Below are positions 38,872-47,926 of a stretch of DNA of 64,000 nt, piece after piece. How positions within the stretch are numbered: the first letter of the stretch is position 1; each line of letters starts with the position of its first letter. The stretch is from positions 26,905 through 90,904 of the forward strand of contig JACPLO010000010.1 of assembly GCA_016186495.1 (NCBI GenBank), in the 5' to 3' direction. The stretch is from Candidatus Niyogibacteria bacterium. Its GTDB lineage: Bacteria; Patescibacteriota; Minisyncoccia; JACROR01. The position numbers were made by a program, and so were the translations under genes. The notes below the pieces were generated by a model. The model saw only the letters and a list, made by a program, of their open reading frames with translations. It made no database searches and was not told the DNA's origin.

Positions 38872-40063
38872 AAAGTTCTCGGGGCGCGCGCCGGTTTTCT
38901 TTGGTTTGCGGATCGCGGCCCTCCATTATTGATCCGATTTCAACTCCGCGCACGCCGCCTTCAATATATAAGGCGATTGCCAAAGAATGCGCCGGAAATT
39001 TGTTCCAGGCAATATGAGGCAAAAATTTGTCGGCGACAACATAAACCGCGTGGCCGCCGATCGGGCGAATGACCGGAACGCCAAGATTATGAAGCGATTC
39101 TCCCAAATATTTCGTCTGATTGACGCGATAGCGCAGATAATTTTCGTCAATTCCTTCATAAAGCCCTTGGGCCACTGTTTCTATGTCGCGGCCGGACATT
39201 CCTCCGTAATTTAAAAATCCTTCCATTAAAATCGCCTGCGGCGCCAGCTTTTCAAAAAGTTTGCGGTTTCTTAAAGCGATAAAACCGCCCATATTGGCGA
39301 TAGCGTCTTTTTTGGCGCTCATCAAAACGCCGTCGGCGTATTTCATCGTTTCCAAAACAATGTTTTTTATCGGCCAGCTTTTATATTTTTTTTCGCGCTC
39401 TTTTATAAAAAAAGAATTTTCGGCAAAGCGGGCAATGTCGTAAAACAGCGGAATTTTATATCGCCGGCAGATTTTTGAAACCGCTTTTATGTTTGTCAAA
39501 GACATCGGCTGGCCGCCGACGCTGTTGCAGGTAATTGTCAATAAAACATAAGCAGTTTTCTTGGAATTGAGAGTTTTTTCAAGTTTTTTCAAATCAACAT
39601 TGCCCTTGAAACCGAACAAACTTTCCGCATTCCAGGCGTTTTGGCAGGCGCAATCAATGATTTTACCGCCGCGATTTTCAATATGGGCCCGTGTCGTGTC
39701 AAAGGGAGAATTGCCGGCAATGATATCGCCGTCTTTGACAAGAACTTTATTGAAAACCTGTTCGGCGCCTCGGCCTTGATGAGTCGGGATAATATACGGA
39801 AATCCCATGATTTTTTGGATTGCTTTTTCAAGCCGCTGAAAGCTGGTTGAACCGGCATAGGATTCGTCGCCTTGCATCAGGGCCGACCATTGGTCTTCGG
39901 ACATCGCGCCGGTTCCGGAATCGGTTAACAAATCAATCGTTATATCGTCGGATTTTAAGAAAAATAAATTATATCCGGCTTTTTTTATTTTTTTGATCCG
40001 CTCTTCTTTTGTCAGAGTTTTTATTGGCTCTACCATTTTTGTTTTGTACGGCGGAAAAGTCAT
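38708..40063 (-). CDS. tnaA: Tryptophanase (beta-eliminating lyase family)
   Basis: IDLLTDSGT, THQGRGAE, SAKKD, C-terminal LRHF (tyrosine phenol-lyase has LRFF). Confidence 0.85.
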   Translation of the reverse strand: MTFPPYKTKMVEPIKTLTKEERIKKIKKAGYNLFFLKSDDITIDLLTDSGTGAMSEDQWSALMQGDESYAGSTSFQRLEKAIQKIMGFPYIIPTHQGRGAEQVFNKVLVKDGDIIAGNSPFDTTRAHIENRGGKIIDCACQNAWNAESLFGFKGNVDLKKLEKTLNSKKTAYVLLTITCNSVGGQPMSLTNIKAVSKICRRYKIPLFYDIARFAENSFFIKEREKKYKSWPIKNIVLETMKYADGVLMSAKKDAIANMGGFIALRNRKLFEKLAPQAILMEGFLNYGGMSGRDIETVAQGLYEGIDENYLRYRVNQTKYLGESLHNLGVPVIRPIGGHAVYVVADKFLPHIAWNKFPAHSLAIALYIEGGVRGVEIGSIMEGRDPQTKENRRAPRELLRLAIPRRVYNKEHFDYVVESFARLIKQKNKISGVKFKYESPILRHFSSRFSLI

Positions 40064-40078
40064 TTTGGCGAGTTATTT

Positions 40079-41344
40079 TTAATTTAATTTGAGGTTGCCG
40101 TCGGCTTTGAGGGTATTGATATTTTTAACAAATATTTTTTTAAGCGCTTTCAGGCAGCCAACCGCGGCGATCATCGCCGCGTTATCTCCGGCAAATTGGA
40201 TTTCCGGCAGGCGAAGCAATATTTTTGGAAATTTTTTGTTTAATTCTTTTTTAATCTGCTTTCTTAATTCTTGATTAGCGGCCACGCCGCCGCCAAGAAT
40301 GATGGTTTTTGGTTTATATTTCTGGGCGGCTTTTAAGGTTTTAGCGATTAAAACATCAACTGCCGCTTGCTGGAATTCTCGGCAGATTTGAGCTTTTATT
40401 TCGGGCGTTAATTCGGGTAATTTTCTGACAAGATATAAAACTGCGGTTTTTAAACCGGAAAAACTGAAATCAAAATCGCGGGAATCAATCATCGGCCTCG
40501 GCAATTTGATTTGAGGCTGAAGTAATTCTGATTTAGAAATCGCGGTTTTTGCTAAAGCAGAAACCGCGGGTCCGCCGGGATAACCTAATCCTAAAAGTTT
40601 AGCTGTTTTGTCAAAAGCCTCGCCAGCCGCGTCGTCTCGCGTCCGGCCGATCACTTTATATTTAAGAAATTGCTTCATTAAAACCAGTTCCGTATGCCCG
40701 CCGCTGATCAAAAGCGCCAGGGCGGGGAAAGAAATTAAAAATTCTTGTTTGTTCAAGAAAACGGATAAAATATGCCCTTCCAGATGATTGGCCGCGATCA
40801 GCGGTTTTTCCCAGATTAAAGCAAGGGCTTTGGCAAAATTCACTCCGGTCCAAAGCGCGGGCTCAAGTCCCGGTCCGCTGGTTACGGCAATCGCGTCTAT
40901 TTTAGGTTTTTTAATTTTTGAAATCTCTTTAAAAAACTTTTTTAACAATTCTGGTTCGCGTTTTAATATTTTGTTTATGTTATTTTCAGTTTGTTTAGAG
41001 ATTAAAAATTGAGAATTAGAAATCAATAAATTTGATTTCTTTAATGCTTTTTTTAGAACAAGGATTAAATTTGCCTGATGTTCTCTTTTGGCAAGCGACG
41101 GCACTACGCCGCCCCAGGGCGCGTGGATTTTTATCTGTGAAGAAACGATATTGGCTAAAATTTTGAAACGCGGGTTTTTAAAATTGCCCTTTGCTTCTAA
41201 AATTGCCGCTCCGGTTTCATCGCATGATGTTTCAATGGCGAGAATTTTTATCCCGTTAGAAAGTCTTTTTGTTTGGCTTTCTTGCCCAACAATTTTTTTC
41301 TTAACATAATTAGTTGTCTTTCTAACGGGATTTATTCTTTTCAT
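40079..41344 (-). CDS. tsaD: tRNA threonylcarbamoyltransferase TsaD
   Basis: IETSCDET, GGVVP, NHLEGH, SGGHT, DDAAGEAFDK, DNAAMI. Confidence 0.97.
   Translation of the reverse strand: MKRINPVRKTTNYVKKKIVGQESQTKRLSNGIKILAIETSCDETGAAILEAKGNFKNPRFKILANIVSSQIKIHAPWGGVVPSLAKREHQANLILVLKKALKKSNLLISNSQFLISKQTENNINKILKREPELLKKFFKEISKIKKPKIDAIAVTSGPGLEPALWTGVNFAKALALIWEKPLIAANHLEGHILSVFLNKQEFLISFPALALLISGGHTELVLMKQFLKYKVIGRTRDDAAGEAFDKTAKLLGLGYPGGPAVSALAKTAISKSELLQPQIKLPRPMIDSRDFDFSFSGLKTAVLYLVRKLPELTPEIKAQICREFQQAAVDVLIAKTLKAAQKYKPKTIILGGGVAANQELRKQIKKELNKKFPKILLRLPEIQFAGDNAAMIAAVGCLKALKKIFVKNINTLKADGNLKLN
41251..41330. mobile_element. CCCGTTAG-arm element, 80 nt, in-frame in tsaD
   Basis: TTTA|TCCCGTTAGAAAG...CTTTCTAACGGGA|TTTA. 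Confidence 0.85.
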
Positions 41345-41401
41345 TAAGTTGATTTTACCTTAAATTTTGATTAAACTACAAAATAACTTGTTTGATAATC
41401 T

Positions 41402-41476
41402 GACCCTATCGTCTAGCCCGGCCTAGGACGTGTCCCTTTCACGGACAAAACGCGGGTTCAAATCCCGCTAGGGTCA
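41402..41476 (+). tRNA. tRNA-Glu(TTC)
   Basis: TGTCC-CT-TTC-AC-GGACA; GACCCTA/TAGGGTC. Confidence 0.95.
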
Positions 41477-41551
41477 TGCGAAATAATTGTTTGTTTCGGA
41501 CGCGAGTAAATTACTTTACTCGTATCGGGATTTGAAATCCCGCTAGGGTCA
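41477..41551 (+). repeat. tRNA-linked element with duplicated tRNA-Glu 3' end
   Basis: AAATCCCGCTAGGGTCA repeated at 41535; antisense CGGGATTTGAA at 41526. Confidence 0.8.
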
Positions 41552-41601
41552 ATTGTTTTGCCTTTTTTGCGCCTTTAGCTTAATGGCAGAGCGTTCTCTT
41601 G

Positions 41602-41711
41602 CCCCGTTAGAAACCAATACGCGCGGTTAGCTCAGTGGTAGAGCATTCGCTTGACGTGCGAAGGGTCATAGGTTCAAATCCTATACCGCGCACCGCAAGT
41701 TTCTAACGGGG
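41602..41711. mobile_element. CCCGTTAG-arm element carrying tRNA-Val(GAC)
   Basis: Perfect 13-bp IR CCCCGTTAGAAAC/GTTTCTAACGGGG. Confidence 0.85.
41621..41692 (+). tRNA. tRNA-Val(GAC), nested
   Basis: TTCGC-TT-GAC-GT-GCGAA; GCGCGGT/ACCGCGC. Confidence 0.95.
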
Positions 41712-41969
41712 TGAATGCAAAAGGCTGTAGGTCTGTCCCGTAGCCAGACGAAGTCTGTGGTACTGGGATTCAATCCCTACAAGGCGCACACTTTAGAAAA
41801 TGGCAAGCCAGAAGAAACCGAATTTTTAAAAGTTTCGGCTGGCTGCTGGAAGACTCTTCTTATGTTCTTTAATTTGACTCCATGAGGTTTTTTTAGCTTC
41901 ATAGAGTTTCTTTATAAAAAAGGTATAATGTAAATGTCGAATAATTATCGTTAAAAAAATAAAAAAAAT

Positions 41970-42224
41970 ATGAATGAAAAACCTTTAGGCAAAGTTACCC
42001 ATTACTACGACAAGGCGATGGTGGCAATAATAAAACTTATCGGCGGCGGACTGAAAATCGGCGATGCGGTGAAATTCGTTAAAGGCGAAAATGAATTTAT
42101 TCAAAACATTGAATCAATGCAGATTGAACACGAAACATTAAAATCTGCCAAAAAAAACCAGGAAGTCGCGGTAAAAGTCAGCCAGCCGGCCAAAGAAGGC
42201 ACGCTTGTTTATAAAGCCGAATAA
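41970..42224 (+). CDS. Small translation-factor-domain-II-like beta-barrel protein
   Basis: GKVTHYYDK..VA...L....LKIGD; Q.I.SMQIEH. Confidence 0.75.
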   Translation: MNEKPLGKVTHYYDKAMVAIIKLIGGGLKIGDAVKFVKGENEFIQNIESMQIEHETLKSAKKNQEVAVKVSQPAKEGTLVYKAE

Positions 42225-42263
42225 TGATAACTTATTGTTCTAAGTAAAGGCAAAATAAATAAT

Positions 42264-42336
42264 GGTGAGCGTAGCTCAATGGCAGAGCTCTCGGTTGTGG
42301 TCCGAGCGGTTGCGGGTTCAAATCCCGTCGCTCACC
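42264..42336 (+). tRNA. tRNA-His(GTG)
   Basis: CTCGG-TT-GTG-GT-CCGAG; G-1:C73. Confidence 0.95.
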
Positions 42337-42350
42337 CTAAAAAAAATAAA

Positions 42351-42372
42351 AAGGCTGCCTTCTGGCAGCCTA
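42351..42372. terminator. Terminator hairpin
   Basis: AGGCTGCC-TTCT-GGCAGCCT with A/T tracts. Confidence 0.75.
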
Positions 42373-42380
42373 TTTTCTAT

Positions 42381-44258
42381 CTAATTGATAATCCCTTTTT
42401 GAATAAAATCATAGCGGTTATTCAATAAATTCTTAGCGATGATTTTGGCGCTGGCGTCATCGTTGTCCCGCAATGACGCAAAATAATGCTTTATTCGACG
42501 CTTGGCCGCGCGACAATATGCTTTTGCCAATTCCATTACCGGATCAGAATAATTTGAATCAAAAAATTGTTTTTTCAGAGCAAACGACCAAACAGCCGCC
42601 ATCAAAAACAATTCAGCCGCGATCCAAAACAATCGATCAATCATCAGTTGCTTATTAACCATTTGATCCCGGTGCTTAGCGGAATAAATAATAATGGCGC
42701 GGGCTAATTTTCGCGCGTTTTTTTCCACAAACTTGAAATCAGATCGCACCTGGCGCGGCAAATTATCAGGCAATCGCGAACTAAAACTTAATTTAAAATA
42801 TTGCCAGGCAAATCCGATAACCGCGGATATTTTTTCAACCAAATTACCTTTATCAAGAAACGGCTCGCCGCGTTTAAGATAATTATCAAGCCCTTCGCGA
42901 ATCACATATTGGCTTAAAATTTGCGTAGAGCCCTCAAAAATACGGTTAGGCCGGTTATCCGTGAACATTTGGTCTATTGACGGCGCTTGTTCCCGCGGCG
43001 CCAGCGATTCAAACGACTCATAGCCGCGTCCGCCGCGAAGCTGCATTGCGTCATCCATTATCTTCCAACCCCATTCAGAAGCAATCACTTTGCAGATTGC
43101 CGCTTCAAGACGGCAATCTTGCTTGCGATCCGCTAAACCGGCGGCGTAATCGGTTATCGCTTCCATCGCGAATGTTCGGACAACTGCCGGAACCAGCATG
43201 CCGCTTCCGATTAATTCCTTTTCGCCGATAAAAGCGCCCCACTGCCAGCGGGTTTTAGCCCACCAATTCATTATTTTCAGACATTTTTTAGAATTTGCAA
43301 CACAACTTCCGGCAATAGAAATACGGCCGGTATTCAACGCCCGAAGAGCAATTTTAAAACCATTGCCCTCGCCGCCGACCAGCGCGCGATTATCAACTTC
43401 AACGCCGTTAAAAGAAAGAATTCCGTTAAAAATCCCCGGCATACCCATAAAACGCGCTCGCTGGATAATTGCCACCCGGTTTAATTTTTCGCTGGCGTTC
43501 GGGACAATAAAAACGCCGAAACAATAACCTTTTTTTGAATTATCCAAATCTTCGGGTAAATCTAAAATCTTGGCGACCACCGCGAGATACTCGGCTAGCG
43601 GTTCGCCGGTGCGCCAGACTGAGTTGGTCGCGTACCATTTTTCGCCGTAAATTTTATAACCGACAACTTTACCGTTTTGATCGCGCAAACGGAGAGCGTA
43701 AGTTCGCATCCGCGCCGGATCAGAACCGACTTCTTTTTCGGTAAAACAGAAAGCAGACGGCCATTTCATAAGCGCCGGCAAATAAAGAGAAATTTGTTCG
43801 GGTGTTCCGTAATTAAGCACCGAAAATTTGGCGCCAATGGTATTATCAGCTGAAATCATAATGCCGATTGAAGGGCAAAACGCGCTTAAAAGAGCGATAA
43901 CATGAGTATAAGTTGTTTGGGATAAACCAAGACCGCCGTATTTTTCGGGCACTTTAAGTTTAAACAGGCCGAAATCAGCCATCGCTTCAATCAATTCAAG
44001 GGTAATATCTTTTTTGCCGTGAATAATGTCCGGTTCAATTTTTGATTCAAGAAATTCTTTTAAATCGGAAATAATTTTGGCTTCTTTTTGAGCATCTTCC
44101 GGATTTTGCTCCGGCCACGGAAACAAAAGATTAAAATTAGGCGCTCCTTCAAAAAGAGAAGCGACAAAACCTTTATTGACACTGGCATCCCTGTGCTCCT
44201 CGGCAATCTGGACGCCTTTTCCCAGCTTATTAAAAAACGCACTGCTTGTTTTAGGCAT
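42381..44258 (-). CDS. Acyl-CoA dehydrogenase (VLCAD/ACAD9-like length)
   Basis: PEKYGGLG, F.FTE..VGSD, G.KW..TN, LN.GR, Q.RGGRGY, RIFEG. Confidence 0.9.
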   Translation of the reverse strand: MPKTSSAFFNKLGKGVQIAEEHRDASVNKGFVASLFEGAPNFNLLFPWPEQNPEDAQKEAKIISDLKEFLESKIEPDIIHGKKDITLELIEAMADFGLFKLKVPEKYGGLGLSQTTYTHVIALLSAFCPSIGIMISADNTIGAKFSVLNYGTPEQISLYLPALMKWPSAFCFTEKEVGSDPARMRTYALRLRDQNGKVVGYKIYGEKWYATNSVWRTGEPLAEYLAVVAKILDLPEDLDNSKKGYCFGVFIVPNASEKLNRVAIIQRARFMGMPGIFNGILSFNGVEVDNRALVGGEGNGFKIALRALNTGRISIAGSCVANSKKCLKIMNWWAKTRWQWGAFIGEKELIGSGMLVPAVVRTFAMEAITDYAAGLADRKQDCRLEAAICKVIASEWGWKIMDDAMQLRGGRGYESFESLAPREQAPSIDQMFTDNRPNRIFEGSTQILSQYVIREGLDNYLKRGEPFLDKGNLVEKISAVIGFAWQYFKLSFSSRLPDNLPRQVRSDFKFVEKNARKLARAIIIYSAKHRDQMVNKQLMIDRLFWIAAELFLMAAVWSFALKKQFFDSNYSDPVMELAKAYCRAAKRRIKHYFASLRDNDDASAKIIAKNLLNNRYDFIQKGIIN

Positions 44259-44376
44259 CGTTTCCTCCTTTTTCTTAAAAAATTTAAAAGAACCGCGATA
44301 TTCAATATCGTATGAAAAAATTCATAAAAAAACAACTTCTCTGGATGCGCCGGAAAATTCGGAGTATTATAGACCA

Positions 44377-45381
44377 ATGGATTTAAGCCGATTGGAATTA
44401 ATTTTAGCGAACCAGCCAAAATACCGCCTTAAACAAGCAAAAGAGGCGGTTTTTAAGAATTTGGCGGCAAACTGGTCGGAAACGACTAATCTTCCGCCAA
44501 AATTAATAAAAGAATTAAATAAAAAATGCCCGCTCCAAATAAACGGCAGAATAATCCAATCTGCCGGTCACGATACAGCTAAAGCGATTATTATCCTGGC
44601 AGACGGCCTTAAAATAGAAAGCGTGCTGATGCCGCATCAAAGAAAACGTTTTACGGTTTGCGTTTCATCGCAGGTCGGCTGTCCTTTGGGGTGTAAATTT
44701 TGCGCGACCGGCGCTTCCGGTTTTCGCCGGAATCTGACGGCAATGGAAATCGTAGAGCAAGTTTTATTTTTCGCGCGGCATCTCAAAAAAACGTCGGCTG
44801 AAAAAATTACCAATGTTGTTTATATGGGAATGGGCGAACCGTTTTTAAATTATGACAATGTCTTGGCTTCAATAAAAATTTTGAATGACAAAGACGGCCT
44901 GAATATCGGCGCGCGTAAAATATCCGTTTCCACGAGCGGCTTGATTGAAGGAATAAAAAAATTAGCCGAAGAAAATCTGCAAGTCAATCTGGCAATTTCG
45001 CTTCATTCGCCGGAAACGGATTTGCGAAGCGCCTTGATGCCCGTCAACAGAAAATATCCGCTGAAAAATGTTTTAACCGCGGCAGATGATTATATCCGAA
45101 AAACTTCCCGAAAAGTGATGTTTGAATATATTTTATTAAAAGGCGTAAATGATACGCCGGCGCACGCCGAAAAGCTCGCTAAATTGATGCAAAAACCGCT
45201 TTACTTCGTAAATCTGATTCTTTACAATCCGGCCGGCCGCCAAGGACTAGAGCCGTCCACAGCCAAAGACGTCAAAAAATTCAAAGAAATTTTAGAGCGC
45301 GCGGGCGTGCCCGTTTCGGAACGTTACCGTTTCGGCCGCGAGATTAAGGCCGCCTGCGGCCAATTAGCCGCGAATTGTTAA
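44377..45381 (+). CDS. rlmN: 23S rRNA A2503 methyltransferase RlmN
   Basis: CVSSQVGCPLGCKFCATG, MGMGEP, AACGQL; ATG at 44377. Confidence 0.95.
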   Translation: MDLSRLELILANQPKYRLKQAKEAVFKNLAANWSETTNLPPKLIKELNKKCPLQINGRIIQSAGHDTAKAIIILADGLKIESVLMPHQRKRFTVCVSSQVGCPLGCKFCATGASGFRRNLTAMEIVEQVLFFARHLKKTSAEKITNVVYMGMGEPFLNYDNVLASIKILNDKDGLNIGARKISVSTSGLIEGIKKLAEENLQVNLAISLHSPETDLRSALMPVNRKYPLKNVLTAADDYIRKTSRKVMFEYILLKGVNDTPAHAEKLAKLMQKPLYFVNLILYNPAGRQGLEPSTAKDVKKFKEILERAGVPVSERYRFGREIKAACGQLAANC

Positions 45382-45798
45382 TCTCCGCGCGAGATAAAAA
45401 GAAAGCGGAAGTAAAAACATCATTTGCAAAATCGGCAAGAGGCCGATATTTAAATAAGGAATTAAAGGCATCGCGCTGTCATAATTCCATTTGCCGGTGA
45501 AAAGCGCGTTTTTTTCTATAGCTGCAGCAATAATAAAACCAAGCGCGGCCAGAATAAAAAAATCACTTTTATTAAATTTAAATTTCAACGGCAATGCTTG
45601 TTTAATTAAAATCATAAAAAGCAACGCCGATAAATTGATCAGAACATCTCCAAGCGCGCCCTTCAAACATATTGAAAAATGGCTGAAAAAAGAAACAAAC
45701 CCCGCGTAAAAAGGCGCTTGAAGATTCTCCCATATAATATTCAAAATGAAAGAAATAACAACAAAAAAGAAAAAATAACGAACATTAAAATTTTTCAT
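45364..45798 (-). CDS. Hypothetical membrane protein
   Basis: WE..Q.P.Y, GD, W.Y...MP, GL.PILQM pattern. Confidence 0.7.
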   Translation of the reverse strand: MKNFNVRYFFFFVVISFILNIIWENLQAPFYAGFVSFFSHFSICLKGALGDVLINLSALLFMILIKQALPLKFKFNKSDFFILAALGFIIAAAIEKNALFTGKWNYDSAMPLIPYLNIGLLPILQMMFLLPLSFYLARRLTIRG

Positions 45799-45985
45799 AT
45801 TTTTCTTCGGCGGAATTCGGATTACTGAAATTCTAACAAATTTTAGTCTTGAAGAGAATCTTATGAAAATTCTTCTTTTCTGTTTCTAACGGAATCTGGA
45901 ATTTCTTTTTGCCTCGAAAAATCCGTACGATTTGGTCGCCGAGCGAAGCGAGGCGAATCTTTAAAACTTGCAATTTCCTATGTGG

Positions 45986-46320
45986 TGCGCGGGAGAGGAT
46001 TTGGTCACAAATAAATTTCCTGACGGAAATTTTTCGCGACCCCGCCTCGCTTGTTCCGCTTCGCGGAACATCGTTCGGCTTTCAAATCCTCACGCGAACA
46101 AAGCAGTTTGTTCGCTTCCCGCGCCAATTCACCGTGTTCATTATGCGCGGGAGAGGATTTGGTCACAAATAAATTTCCTGACGGAAATTTTTTGCGACCC
46201 CGCCTCGCTTGTTCCGCTTCGCGGAACATCGCTGTGGCTTTCAAATCCTCACGCGAACAAAGCAGTTTGTTCGCTTCCCGCGCTAATTCACCGTGTTCAT
46301 TATGCGCGGGAGAGGATTTG
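45986..46320 (-). repeat. Two tandem ~158-nt elements downstream of tRNA-Leu(GAG)
   Basis: TGCGCGGGAGAGGATTTG at 45986, 46144 and 46303. Confidence 0.9.
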
Positions 46321-46385
46321 AACCTCCACGCCTTGCGGCATACGCCCCTCAAGCGTACGTGTCTACCGGGTTCCACCACCCGCGC
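46303..46385 (-). tRNA. tRNA-Leu(GAG)
   Basis: TACGC-TT-GAG-GG-GCGTA, long variable arm. Confidence 0.95.
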
Positions 46386-46389
46386 ATTT

Positions 46390-46851
46390 TTATTCTTTTT
46401 TGGTTTCAGGAAGTTTTTCTTTTGTTTCCAGAGTGTTTTTTTCTTCAGCCGCGGCCGGTTTTTCCGTTTGAGTTGATAAAAGCATTATAGCTTCGGTTTT
46501 TAATTGTTTCATTTTCTTTTTGATTTCTTTGGCGGCTTTTTCGCGGATATGATAAAGCTTGGCGCGCCGGGTTTTTGAACGGCGCACCAGTTCTATTTTT
46601 TCAATATTAGGAGAATACAATGGGAAAACGCGTTCAACGCCAAAGCCGCCGCTCAATCGCCTGACCGTAAAAGTCGCTCCGGATTCGGCGCCGTGTTTTT
46701 TGGCGATGATTATTCCTTCAAAAGCCTGAAGCCGCGTTTTATCGCCTTCTTTGATTTTCTGCCAGACGCGCACCGTGTCTCCGGAACGAATGTCCGTTTT
46801 TTTTCTTTCTTTCATATTAACCGGCAAAAAATTGGCTGATATTACTGGCAT
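46390..46851 (-). CDS. rplS: 50S ribosomal protein L19
   Basis: GDTVRV..KIKEG.K.RLQAFEG, GVERVFP, RRAKLY. Confidence 0.97.
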   Translation of the reverse strand: MPVISANFLPVNMKERKKTDIRSGDTVRVWQKIKEGDKTRLQAFEGIIIAKKHGAESGATFTVRRLSGGFGVERVFPLYSPNIEKIELVRRSKTRRAKLYHIREKAAKEIKKKMKQLKTEAIMLLSTQTEKPAAAEEKNTLETKEKLPETKKE

Positions 46852-46887
46852 ATTAAATCTTTTTATCACAAATTTTAATTTTAATCA

Positions 46888-46918
46888 AACCCCCGCATTT
46901 ATAATAAGTGCGGGGGTT
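46888..46918. repeat. Palindrome with CCCCCGCA arms
   Basis: AACCCCCGCATTTAT-A-ATAAGTGCGGGGGTT; resembles 115-140 and the arms at 53351. Confidence 0.6.
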
Positions 46919-46925
46919 AAATGTT

Positions 46926-47612
46926 TCATTTCAATTTTTCCAGCGTATTTTTTAAATCTTCGGGCAAATCCGCTTCAAGTTTAAGGCGAGAACCGGCCGG
47001 CAAAGTCAATTCTAAAGAAAAAGCATGCAGGAAATGCCGTTTAAGGCCATTCGGGCATCGGAATAATTTTCCCGCGTAAAGCTGGTCGCAAGCTAACGGA
47101 TAGCCGATGGCTTTCAGATGCGTTCTTATCTGATGGGTGCGGCCGGTTTTCGGCTCAAGTTCAAGCAAAGTGTAGCCGTTGAATTTTTTCAAAACCTTAT
47201 AATAAGTAAGGGCTTCGCGCAATCGGCCGGAGGCTCTGACGCTGGCCGCGCGCTTAATGGGATTTTTTTTGGCGCGGCCGATCGGCAAATTTATTTTGCC
47301 TTTTTTTTGCCGGATTTCGCCGATTGCCAAAGCAAGATATTTTTTAACGATTTTTTGCCGCTGGAATTGTTTTTTTAAATAATCAAAAGTTTCCTGATTT
47401 TTTGCGATAAGTAAAATTCCGGAAGTGTCTTTGTCCAGCCGATGGACAACGCCGGGCCGCGCCGGATTATCTCCCACTTTTTTAATTTCCGGCCTTATCT
47501 CTGTTATTTTATCTATTAAAGTTTCTTTTTTGTGGTGGGCGTCGGGATGAACCACCAAGCCAGCCGGTTTATTGACCGCTAAAAGATCGCGGTCTTCGTA
47601 AATAATTTCCAT
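46926..47612 (-). CDS. RluA/RluD family pseudouridine synthase
   Basis: NKPAGLVVH, HRLDKDTSG, TGRTHQIR.H. Confidence 0.95.
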   Translation of the reverse strand: MEIIYEDRDLLAVNKPAGLVVHPDAHHKKETLIDKITEIRPEIKKVGDNPARPGVVHRLDKDTSGILLIAKNQETFDYLKKQFQRQKIVKKYLALAIGEIRQKKGKINLPIGRAKKNPIKRAASVRASGRLREALTYYKVLKKFNGYTLLELEPKTGRTHQIRTHLKAIGYPLACDQLYAGKLFRCPNGLKRHFLHAFSLELTLPAGSRLKLEADLPEDLKNTLEKLK

Positions 47613-47689
47613 AAAATATTTAAAAGCGTATAATTAAATAATAGTCGATTTTTTAATGAAAAATAAATAGCAATTCAATAAAAGATAAT

Positions 47690-47926
47690 ATGAAGAAAGT
47701 AATTATTTATTCTACTCCGACCTGCGGTTATTGCCATATGGCCAAAGATTTTTTTAAGGAACATAACATAGATTATACGGATTATGATGTTGCGGCGGAT
47801 GATGCCAAGAGGCAGGAAATGATTGACCGTTCCGGCCAAATGGGCGTGCCGGTCATTGATATTGACGGCGAATTAACAATCGGATTTGACGAACAAAAAA
47901 TATCCAAACTTTTAGGAATTAAATAA
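47690..47926 (+). CDS. Glutaredoxin/NrdH-like protein
   Basis: YSTPTCGYC, SGQMGVPVI. Confidence 0.92.
   Translation: MKKVIIYSTPTCGYCHMAKDFFKEHNIDYTDYDVAADDAKRQEMIDRSGQMGVPVIDIDGELTIGFDEQKISKLLGIK

Larger units (their letters stand above)
41569..41788 (+). pseudogene. Outer tRNA shell (Val- or Lys-like) with two insertions
   Basis: GCGCCTT/AAGGCGC-A acceptor, D-arm, GTAGG..TTCAATC-CCTAC T-arm. Confidence 0.75.

Noticed and set aside
36672-41711. Nested cassettes as group I or BHB tRNA introns
   Set aside because: They are too short for a group I core, show no clear bulge-helix-bulge, and excision would leave defective anticodon arms
45883-45893. Lone TTTCTAACGGA arm
   Set aside because: No matching left arm found; possibly a remnant, so not counted as an element
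45909-46490. Several ORFs over tRNA-Leu and its repeats
   Set aside because: Translations of repeats and tRNA with no protein features
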